DNA of 62,836 nucleotides, counting the filler, from Basidiobolus ranarum (Eukaryota), in assembly GCA_040143965.1 (NCBI GenBank). It is 29 parts of 29 records of this genome, joined end to end, with 100 filler letters (N's around TTAATTAATTAA, not from the genome) between each part and the next. Parts side by side here need not be neighbours in the genome. Positions count along the whole stretch, not along the records: positions 52,114 to 54,178 come from JASJQH010003839.1; positions 54,279 to 56,343 come from JASJQH010003840.1; positions 56,444 to 58,508 come from JASJQH010003841.1; positions 58,609 to 60,672 come from JASJQH010003842.1; positions 60,773 to 62,836 come from JASJQH010003843.1; 24 more parts are not named here. One strand, given 5' to 3'. The position numbers and the translations under genes are program-made. Of the stretch, positions 52,632 to 62,836 are shown piece by piece (position 1 is the stretch's first letter; the number at the start of each line of letters is the position of its first letter). The notes beneath the pieces were generated by a model that was given only the letters and a program-made list of their open reading frames with translations, was not told the DNA's origin and did no database searches.

Positions 52632-53206
52632 CAAGTTGTGAATAGATTGACTGAATTTGTTATGGAAATTTGCCAAAATCCAAGAGCATATTCTCATTGT
52701 AAACAGTAACAAGAGTCAGCTATTTGCCAAGTGTCAGTGCTATTCAAAATTTCAGATGTTTATCAATATATCCACCATTAGTTTGCTGGTAAAGCATATT
52801 GACATTGTTGAGTTATGTCTGATCAGTCAAGTATGTGCATATGTAGAGACTAAACACAATGAGATTCTCGTATTTTTTGATTCTCATTATTGCTGGAATA
52901 CAAAGCCTAAAATAACTAAATAAAGGCATGCATATTAATTTGAATTCCTAGAGCAGTAAACCCAGTAATTTGCCTTTCAAAAATTATATTTTGCAAAAAT
53001 TGCCGGAAATTTATAACACATGCCAAATATGTGGATCAATATTTTAACATTTATGAATACCATTGTAATATTGTCAAGAAACCACTGTCACACCATCAAA
53101 ATCCCTGGCAGAATGCCAGCCACCAGCATTGTGATGGTTCTCTGATGTTTTGTGATTTAGAAGGGTGGATAAAATCCAGATTGAATCAACTTTATATTTG
53201 TTAGGG
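52632..53206 (+). mobile_element. CACTA 3' end
   Basis: LLVKHIDIVELCLISQV frame; ends TTTGTTAGGG. Confidence 0.85.
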
Positions 53207-54094
53207 TTTAGTGAACTGACATACTATCTTAGAGTTCAAATTAAGATAGATAGAACTACCAAAACAATAACTTTGAACTAGTCAAAGTATATCCTAGACA
53301 TACTAAAGAAGTTTAAAATGGAAGAATGTAATCCAGTATCCATCCCAATAGAGATAAATCTTAACTTAACCAAATAAGGCTCAAAACAGATGTTTTTGGA
53401 TTGAAATGAACGCCATATATTTCCTTATCAATCTATGGTTGATAGTCTGATGTATATCATGGTTGGAACATGGCCAGATATTGCATGTTCTGGGGGAGTT
53501 ATGTACCAATTTCTTCATAATTATGGATTTGATCAAATCATAGCAGTTAAGCCAATATTCAGATATTTGAAAGATACTGTGTATATGTGCTTAAAGTATA
53601 CATATTCTGGATCAAACTTTGATCTGATGGAATATTCAGATGCAAATTGAGGAAGAGATAGTAAAGACTGGAGATCTATAACCGGATGCCTATTTCTTGG
53701 ATGTAATTGATCTATTTCTTGGAATTCAAAGAAACAACCTATTATAGCACTTTCCACAACAAAAGCTGAATATATGACTGTCTGTGAAGCAATAAATGAA
53801 GCAATATGGCTAAAAAACCTTTGAACAGATTTGAGTTATTCACAAAATTCACCAACTACAATATTTCAAGATAATCGAAGTTGTATCAAATTAGCTAAAA
53901 ACCACACATTTCATAACAGAAGCAAACATATAGATATTAAGCATCACTTCCTTAGAACAACTATAGAAAATAAGTTTTTTGACTTAACTTACTGTTCTAC
54001 CAAAGTCATGATTGCTGATATATTAACCAAACCATTAGCTAGACAGAATATTGAGAAATTTGGACCTTTATTAGGATTTGTATATATGACTATT
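53207..54094 (+). mobile_element. Degenerate copia RT-RNase H, followed by a CACTA 3' terminus at 54095
   Basis: YSDAN*G, FHNRSKHIDIKHHF, ADILTKPL. Confidence 0.9.
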
Positions 54095-54278
54095 CCCTGA
54101 CAAAAATAAAATCAAATTCATCTGGATCAGATCCACCCTCTAAAATAGCAAAACTGTCAGAGAACCATCACAATATTGNNNNNNNNNNNNNNNNNNNNNN
54201 NNNNNNNNNNNNNNNNNNNNNNTTAATTAATTAANNNNNNNNNNNNNNNNNNNNNNNNNNNNNNNNNNNNNNNNNNNN

Positions 54279-54542
54279 ATCAGAATTTTCTTGGCCATTG
54301 ATATTCGCATCATTCAAGTTATCATGCTTTCTAGTTACAGTAGTGAATACTTGCTTGAGTAACGGAACTGGCTCTGGCTGACTTTCAACACTTCCAGGCT
54401 GCTCAATAGAGGAGATATTATCCTCTGGGTTTTCTGATAGTATTGATTTTCTATGACGATTAGAATATCTACCAGAGGGAACTGCCACGGAAACTTTAGC
54501 AAGTAATACTGAGGTGAGGAGTAGGCCTAATGTGATATGCAT
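54279..54542 (-). CDS. Secreted protein, paralog of 55270-56082; 3' truncated
   Basis: Signal peptide MHITLGLLLTSVLLAKVSVA; shared block VPLLKQVFTTVTRKHDNLN.ANINGQ. Confidence 0.85.
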
Positions 54543-55269
54543 ATTTGTATATATTTGTTGATGAACTTCTGTATGTATGTTCATTAGTATTTATATTGAG
54601 ATAGGAGGTATATCAAACTTAGAACACTGATTTGGTGATTAAACAACACTTACCATAACATCTACCAATATATTAGCGTATAGATTGATCCAATGCTAAT
54701 TACAAAAGCCAACTATAAAATGGTTACTACTGATGGTGATAAAATGACTCGTGCTACGTGTACTCAAGTATATTACTCGTAAGGTGCTCACAGGAATGGC
54801 ATTAACTCACGTAAAGACTGTCTTCATTGTCAATGCAAGTTGAGTATCTGTATATATATTGATGGTAAATTTGTTTGATGCTTTAAATTATGGGATTGTA
54901 CCAATGTAACATACCACTTAGCTTATGTGAGGGTTGTTATATAAAATCGGGATGGGAAGGAAACAAGTATTATATATTTATTACTTATTGAAGCATTCAT
55001 TGAATGCCCTTTTGCCTTGTCTGATTGGTGTATTATATTGTCGCACTTAGAGTAGATAACTGCCCCTTGTATACGGACATAAAATAGTTGAGGCAATACT
55101 AGCATTAATTTTATTTCCTTTAAAAGTACAAGGGTCGTTATAGAAGGAATTAAACGAATTGTTCATACTTCGGAACTTAAGATGGTTTATTGCTTCATGC
55201 TTGATATTAATGAATATGAGGTAGTTATATGGTGAGAGCAAATGTATTAGTAAGTCACAAATCATATTT

Positions 55270-56082
55270 CTAATCACACCTACTACACCTTGAGCCTGAG
55301 GATTCGGGCTCTTCAGGTTCTTCTGGTGAAGAAGGCTGTTCCTGCTCAATGGGCTGCGAAGGCTGATATAGTGTTTGGTCTATCGTATGTGCTTGATCAA
55401 ACTGATTAGAATCAGATAAAGCATGGCCTGCTTGTGCCGAATTCCCTTGGACCTGCTCAGGTAATGCTTGCTGAGGTAAAGACTGGCCAAGAGTATTTGC
55501 TAGCTGTGAGGAGAGATCGAAGGGCATAGCGTCTGATGAACCTGATTCATCTATTCCCTGTGCATCGTTACTCTCATTATTGGATCCTGAACCTATTGTT
55601 TGAGGCGACAAAGCCTCGTCAGAGCTAGAATCTTCCATTGGTGATGTTGGAGCAATTTCCAACCCACTCTCAGAGTCCTGCGGTACATCATACATTCCTT
55701 GTGGAATATTGCTACTTCCAGCTGACCCCAAATCTTCAACCTCTCCTTGCTCAGATTTTACACCACTACCCTCTACATCAAAGCTAGGGCCGGGCTGAAA
55801 CTGTACGTCAGAATATCCTTGGCCATTGATATTCGCACTGTTCAAGTTATCGTGCTTTCTGGTAACGGTGGTGAACACTTGCTTGAGTAGTGGAACCGAC
55901 TCAGATTCGGCTTGAACACTTGCTGGCTGCTGAGCAGAGGAAGTTTGATCTTGGCTATAGTCGGTTGATTCCTCTGGATACATTGCACTTGCATGACCAT
56001 TAGAGTATCTACCCAAAGGAATGGCGCCTGATACTTTAACCAGTACAGCCGAAGTGAGGAGTAAGCTAAGTTTAAGATGCAT
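55270..56082 (-). CDS. Secreted Ser/Gln/Glu-rich, largely disordered protein (270 aa), function unknown
   Basis: Intact ORF with signal peptide MHLKLSLLLTSAVLVKVSGA and C-terminal CSRCD; has a tandem paralog. Confidence 0.9.
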   Translation of the reverse strand: MHLKLSLLLTSAVLVKVSGAIPLGRYSNGHASAMYPEESTDYSQDQTSSAQQPASVQAESESVPLLKQVFTTVTRKHDNLNSANINGQGYSDVQFQPGPSFDVEGSGVKSEQGEVEDLGSAGSSNIPQGMYDVPQDSESGLEIAPTSPMEDSSSDEALSPQTIGSGSNNESNDAQGIDESGSSDAMPFDLSSQLANTLGQSLPQQALPEQVQGNSAQAGHALSDSNQFDQAHTIDQTLYQPSQPIEQEQPSSPEEPEEPESSGSRCSRCD

Positions 56083-56599
56083 AGTTGTGATGTTCTTGTA
56101 TGAATATTCTCATTTGTATATATATTAGCAAAGACGGTTGTATCAAACTTATAACATTGAGTTATTGATTAATGTGATGTAGTCTATTAATTTATTAGCA
56201 TATGGTCTGATCTTACACTAATCTACCGAGTACTTGGTTTTCATAAATATCAGTACAAGACTGATGGTAGTACTGACGGTAGCATCAACAAAATGACTCG
56301 TATTTCGCTTATTCAAGTATATTACTCAAAGAATGCACACAAGNNNNNNNNNNNNNNNNNNNNNNNNNNNNNNNNNNNNNNNNNNNNTTAATTAATTAAN
56401 NNNNNNNNNNNNNNNNNNNNNNNNNNNNNNNNNNNNNNNNNNNGAATGGGGGATAATACTAATAGTGGGATATGATTGGCGAGAAAATATGGGTAAGTCA
56501 AAAAAGGATTATAAAATAGAAATTGTGCAATAGTAATGATATGAGCTTGGAGTGGAAATAAGTCAACCTGCCAGTGGGTAGCAATGCTACCCCACTACA

Positions 56600-58508
56600 C
56601 CGCATGGATAAAGCAATAATGCTTTGTATTTTGATCTGTCTCACCAAGAAGTCTGTCCTTCAGCTTTCCTAGAAATACCATAAGACTTTCACACAAAGCA
56701 ATTAGTTCAAATTATAGAGGTACTTACTCTGTGTCTGTGTATTGGGTTTTGTTGCATTTTTTGCAATCAAACAATGCAAAAACCATTGAGCCCATTGAAA
56801 AGAGCCCTTTGTAGGAAGGTAAGTATACTCTGGAGTCTCCAAAACCTAATTTGTTACATCCATTGCTGATTTTGCTGATACATGGTTAATCAGATTAGCA
56901 TATATAATACTGACAATTTCACTTGGAGCATCATTTCACTGCATGTGTGCTACATTGGGAACTCCGAGAATATATTGCAAGGGCCTATAATCTCTAAGCA
57001 TTGTGAAAGATGCAGCAGGGAATGTATGGAATACTGGCATGGATTCAGTCCATGTTATTTCAACCTGTAATCAAGTTTTTCATATTGAACTACAAAATCT
57101 TCAACAGTTGCTGTATCTACCTGAGATCTGCCAATGTGAGTTGTTGCCATAAGAATATATTAGCAATATCCACACACAGCTCCTAATGTAGCCAATACTT
57201 AGCAGGAAGAAATCTTTTCAAGATTGTACTTAAATTTATACAAATCCAAAGCTTCCAGTCTTGGAACTTGAATAAACACCAAGATGCGTGGATATTGATT
57301 GGAGTCATGGTAAAATATGATGGTATCTTGATGTTTTCAAGCATTTCCCAGTTAATTGAAACTTTGAGGCTGTCTTGAATGAAGCATTCATATTGAATTT
57401 TCCACTGTATAGCTGAGTAAGTAGTATTGGAATGTTGTCAAATAGTAGGTGCAGAGTGCCTAATGGGAAGCTCTTGCTCCCGCTGATCACCTTTATCAAT
57501 ACAATCTTATGCTCTTGGCTAATACCAAGTTTCTTATTAGACTGAGTATTTGATCTGTTGATATCAGTGACCATATTAAATTTCACCAGGCACTTGAAGG
57601 TAAAATGATGGAGTTTGGTTTTGTATTTGGATATTAGTATTGTGTATGCCTGATAGAGTGGACTCCATTGATCTGACAAAATATACAGCAAGATAGTGCA
57701 TTGTGCCCACAAAAACCTCATAGTTTACTGATGGCAGGAGTGTTCCCAATACATACAACAACATTAGCTTTGTTGAAATTAGGAAAATAGCAACTCATAT
57801 TTAGTGGTTAGTTTGTTCATCTTCTGATTATTTAGCACTCAATTCTGTCATTCAAAAATGTGTGTTTATTGCTCTAATTGATAGATACATCAATTAGATC
57901 ACCTTTACCAATTTCAATATTTTCTTAAAACCTCTCCAAATAACCTCAAACTTTGACCCATGCTTAACAGGCATGTTTTTTACAATCTAAGCATATCCAA
58001 TAGTCCTATTTCAGAGTAAACCATAAATAGGACATATTCTATTCAATAAAACTTAAGTGTCTAATTCACAAATACATATCTTGTCTAAATCACTTGCAAG
58101 TCCCCTGAACACTTTTATCAAGGTTTAGTAACATATTCATTCTGCTGAATCCCATTAGAAAACGATTCAAATTCTGCAATCAAAGGCTCACAGATGATAT
58201 CTATAAGCATTGGTGATATAGGTCCAGATATGATGGATAGTATCAAAATACTATGGCTCTTGTATCATTTAAAAAGGGGAATGTTCAAGTTAACTAAAAT
58301 TATTGGCCAGTAAGCCTTTCCAATGGTATATTTGTTTAGTGAGAAACCATCCAGAGCCAATGCTAAAGCATGAGCATACATGTTCTCAAAGAAACCTTGA
58401 CTTTTCAGATTCTGGTATTGATATCCATCAGATTTATTATGAATACTTTGGTATTTGAACAATGGTCTATTTTTAGATGATTTCATCAAAACTTTAAGAT
58501 GGGAAATC
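56600..58508 (-). mobile_element. Degenerate CACTA transposase interrupted by a solo LTR
   Basis: LALDGFSLNKYTIGKAYWPIILVNLNIP; DUF4218-like region downstream. Confidence 0.9.
57771..58120 (+). repeat. Solo LTR of copia family C with TSD AGCTT/AGGTT
   Basis: 350-bp TG...CA element homologous to 40016-40365. The empty site is present near 60948. Confidence 0.85.
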
Positions 58509-59350
58509 NNNNNNNNNNNNNNNNNNNNNNNNNNNNNNNNNNNNNNNNNNNNTTAATTAATTAANNNNNNNNNNNNNNNNNNNNNNNNNNNNNNNNNNNN
58601 NNNNNNNNTCCGATTTTCAGCTAAGTGATATTTGACTAAGTAATGTTAACTAACTTATATGTGATATATGAAATAGTTAGGTGTATAAAGATAGAGAAAA
58701 CAAATATGATAAAGACAATTAACCTCAACATAGTCATGCATTATGCTCTCTATTGTGACACATATGATCACTTGCACCAGAATCCAGAATCCATATATTG
58801 GCACAGTCATTCTCTGACTTAGAGGTTACCATCAGAACAAAATGTTAAATTCCTCTTTTAGTGGTGTTAAATGCTTCCTTTTTGTTTCAAACCCATTTAT
58901 TCTTTAATCCACAATAAGATAAAATATGTTCCTATTTTCCACATTTGTAAAATCTCACAGTGCTCCTTGCTGGTTGGATGTTTTAAGAATAAGAAACTTA
59001 TGTAGTTTTGTTTCATGTGCAAGCTGACTTTTGTTATTCCTTTTAAATTCTTCTTAACATAAACAAGTATTAGATAGTACTGAGTTAGCTTATCCCTAAT
59101 TGCTTTCAAAGTGAGTACTAGGGCTGAATATAACTAAGGAAAACAGTTAATTATTGAAAGAATTATATCCAAATCAGGCTCTTGTTAATTCACTGATTCC
59201 AATTTTTGGGCACAATTCTTTAAACCATTGAAACACATCATAAAACCTAAAAGCTCAGCCATAAGAGAGTTTAAGAGTTTTCTTTGTAGCATCATCAAAT
59301 AGACCAGCCCTATTTGCTCATGATATTCCACCAGGATCTCCCAAGCATTC

Positions 59351-60672
59351 CCCTAACAGAAATTTGAGGATTGATATTGTAGGAAAATCGTTACAATTTT
59401 AATCCATTTGAGATTGACATTTTACTTACCATCATAAAATTGTCAAGTTAGATTTGATTTTAATCAGTTTTTCAGTTTCAGGAGTGAAATTTCAAGATCT
59501 TGCAAAATAGTTTCATACAATTCCCTGCAATCTCAGAGAACTATAAAACAACACATGTACAAAAATTGTAACTCAAATTTGACATATTTACTACTTGAAT
59601 GTAAATTTGTCACCTGTGAAATCACTAGTTTCTTTGATATAGTCTGAATATTTTTACAGAGTCCTTAATACCCAAAGTTTGGCTTGTATCCAACACAAGT
59701 TTGTATCAATATCTCCATCAAAGCCCACCATTGTAATATTGTTCCTGAATCAACATTCTTCCTGCTATCTGGCAGATACACTGCAATATTGTGCCACTCT
59801 GTATTACATTTTTCCCAGATATCTGCATGGTCACCATCAGACTGAATGTAAAGTCAATTGTTTTTCTTCCAAAACCACTTTCAGCATACTTGCACTGCAT
59901 TTTTCCCTTGATACTTTTGAAACTACTCCTCAAGTACTTTGACTATTCTTATATGTCCTAGTATCCTAACAAAAATAAAATCAATTTGATCTGGATCAGA
60001 TCCACCCTTGTACTTTCAAAACCATCAGAGAACAATTACAATATTGGTGGCTTGCATTCTGCCAGGGATTTTTATGGTGCAAAAGTGGTTTCTTAATGAT
60101 ATTATAATGGTATTCATACATGCCAAAATATTGATGCACATATTTGGCATGTGTTATTAATTTCCTTCAATTTTTGCAAAATATAATGTTCAAATGGCTA
60201 ATTACTGAGTTTATTGTTATAGGAATTTGAATTAATATGCATGCCTTTATTTGGATATTTTAGGCTTTGTATTCCAGCCATAATCAGAATCAAAAAAATA
60301 TAAGAATCCTGGTGCATTTAGTCACTACATATCCACATACTTGACTGATGAGATATAACTCAACAACATTAATATGCTTTACCAGCAAACTAACCATGGA
60401 AAATTGCTGAAAATCTAAAATTTAGAATAGCACTAACACTTGGCAAATAGCTGACTCTTGCTACCATTCACAATGAGAATAAGCTCTTTGATTTTGGCAA
60501 ATTTCCATAAAGAATTCAGCCAATATATCCCCAACTTGCAGTCAACAAATGTCCAGCCAGAAGTAGATGTGTCATTGCTTGAATAGACTACCCCATGGCT
60601 AAAATGATAATACTGCATATCTTGATCTATCTCACCAAGGAGTCAGTCTTGCAGCTTTCCTAGAAATACTGT
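59351..60672. mobile_element. CACTA 5' terminus (59351) with accessory ORF, interrupted by a CACTA 3' end (59964)
   Basis: CCCTAACAGAAATTTGAGG and TCCTAACAAAAATAAAATC ends. Confidence 0.85.
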
Positions 60673-60772
60673 NNNNNNNNNNNNNNNNNNNNNNNNNNNN
60701 NNNNNNNNNNNNNNNNTTAATTAATTAANNNNNNNNNNNNNNNNNNNNNNNNNNNNNNNNNNNNNNNNNNNN

Positions 60773-61900
60773 CTCTTGATGGTAAAATCATGGAGTTTAG
60801 AGTTGTATTTGGATAGTAATAATGTGTATGCCTGATAGATTAAACTCCATTGACTTGACAAAATCTATGGCATGATAGTGCATTGTGCCCACAACAACCT
60901 CCAAGTTTACTGATGGCAGGAGTGTCACCAATACATACAGTGATATTAGCTTTATTAAAATATTTGCCCATCTGAACCCCATGAGATAACTGTTCAAATT
61001 CTGCAATCAAAGGCTCCAAGAAGCTATCTATAAGCACAGGTTATTTAGGTCCAGATATGATGGATAGTATCAAAATATAATGACTCTTATACTGTTCAGA
61101 AGGAGGAAGATTTAAGTTGATTAAAATATTGGCCAGCATGCCTTTCCAATGGTATATTTATTTAGTGAGAAACCATCCAGAGCTATTGTAAATGCATGAT
61201 CATACATGTTCTCAAAGAAACCTTGACTTTTCAGATTCTGGTAGTGATATCCATCAAGTATATCGGTAATACAATCAGCTTTAAGGTGAGTACTTTGTTA
61301 TTGGATCAATGATCCATATTTGGGTGATTTGATCAAAACTTTAAGATGATGAATCAATGGTATGTAAGCCAAATATGAATGATATTTACCTGATTCAATG
61401 AGTGCCAATTGTGTGCAACAGTACATGACTTCAGGTTTTTCAGATCACTGGTAAAAGCCAAACAACCATTTGGACATGAAGGTAGCTTATTACTGAAGGA
61501 CTATAAGTCATACAATTGACAAGTGTTTTCCACTTGTATCAGGTCTGTGGCAAGCAACAGTTGCCAATCAACTGTGGTAAAAGTGTAAGAAAATCGATAA
61601 ACATCTGATTGCTAAGATTGGATTGAACTCTCCACTCATCAATAATCTAAGCTGCTTCCTTTACTCTAAGTGCTATGAGTGGACTAATGCTTCCAACAAC
61701 AGAGAGGGTGTAACAGAACCATTGCCTTCTTCTTTAACCTCTGATATACTACCTTCAGTACTGGAATAACTAAGATCAACATCTAGCACAATGTCCTCAA
61801 AGTTGTCTGGACTTATTGCTTAACCAAAGTAGCATTTCTACCTACATCATTCTGGCCATATAACTGTGGTTACTCCATGGTATCTTGACTTTTGGCTGTG
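60773..61900 (-). mobile_element. CACTA/EnSpm transposase, N-terminal and catalytic (Transposase_21-like) region, degenerate
   Basis: SCPNGCLAF, AYIPLIHHLK, ALDGF, NLNLPP, IISGPK, SFLEPLIAEFEQL, GDTPAISKLGGCCGHNALSCHRFC. Confidence 0.92.
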
Positions 61901-62099
61901 TTACCAAACTTTGAGGCAGAGCACAGCCAGTGGGCTCAGTAGGCAAAACTAAAGTTGATTTGTGTGGTTGTTACTGATGATATTCACCAGGCTTCATGTT
62001 GCCATTGGCTTTGTACAGTGGCTGTTCTTGTGATTAATATTCCATCAAGCCTCTGGCTGTCAAAGCACAAGAATTGGAGACATTATAGCAGGGCTTCTT

Positions 62100-62836
62100 A
62101 AAATGTTTGTGCTGCAGCATGTGAAGGATTTTGTAGAAAAAAAAACAACTCCTACATAAGGGTGGTATTATAGATGTAGCCCATCAATATCATCAGCTGA
62201 TTCTGAGACAGTATCACAGATGAGTCATCAGGGGTCTTACAAGACATCTCTGGTAATAGATAGCAATTTTGGTCTATTATACATGGTTTCAAAGCAATTT
62301 TATTACACCAAGCTTACCATCATAAAAATTCAATACCATCCAAAACAGGTTCAAAATCTAAATCAAAATTGGCTTCCAAGCAAAAGCCTGCTGGCACAAA
62401 AAGAAAGAACCAGTAAGAACAGAGTACCTATTTGATGAGCTGTCTAGCAATCCATTCTCCACTTTCGAAGGCTTTAACAAGATGGAAACTAACTCAAGTA
62501 ATGATGAAGCATTAATCAATTTCCTCAATGTGTTCCTTTCCAGCAAAAGTGCAAGTGAAGATATTGTAATCCCCAAATTATGTAGTAAATCAATAGTTGA
62601 GCAAAGTTCAACAGAAACACTGTCAAGACCATTAACTTCCAAAATGGCTACTTTGCCAACTATTGAACAACCCTCTGTAGAAAGTTTGGATACAATTATT
62701 ACATCAAGGGAATTGCAGGCAGAATACCATAATGATTTGTATGCAATCATAAGTAAAAATTACAAAGTTGCTATACAGGCCATGACAAGCAATAATGCCA
62801 CAATATTGCATTTAATGCAGCATTCTGAAGCAATTA
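62100..62836 (+). pseudogene. Degenerate CACTA accessory ORF, divergent from the transposase
   Basis: Long open stretch DELSSNPFSTFEG...AIQAMTSNNATILHLMQHSEAI; second copy at 1331-2077. Confidence 0.6.

Noticed and set aside
2078..60772. Regularly spaced TTAATTAATTAA as a CRISPR-like or programmed-rearrangement repeat
   Set aside because: It is always embedded in N44 runs and is a synthetic six-frame stop linker.

Overview
This is not a contiguous locus. It is an artificial concatenation of 29 unrelated small contigs (2077 down to 2064 bp, sorted by length), joined by 28 100-bp linkers (N44-TTAATTAATTAA-N44). Nothing can be inferred from adjacency across a linker. The DNA is eukaryotic and probably from an early-diverging fungus (inference from the MET6, sugar-porter and CBM19-like sequences). 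About three quarters of the contigs are degenerate, nested, CpG-depleted transposon debris: several Ty1/copia families that prime on half of tRNA-iMet, Ty3/gypsy fragments, and a high-copy CACTA/EnSpm-type DNA transposon with CCCTRACARAAAT termini. The CpG-retaining contigs carry host genes or gene fragments: two tandem sugar porters, two head-to-head near-identical MET6 genes, a Ser/acidic-rich membrane protein, a mucin-like protein ending in a CBM19-like domain, an orphan secreted protein, a group I truncated-globin C-terminus and two tandem secreted paralogs. I see no clearly new biological system. The best leads are the inverted MET6 pair with its shared promoter and the CCC-ended CACTA family with a divergent accessory ORF.
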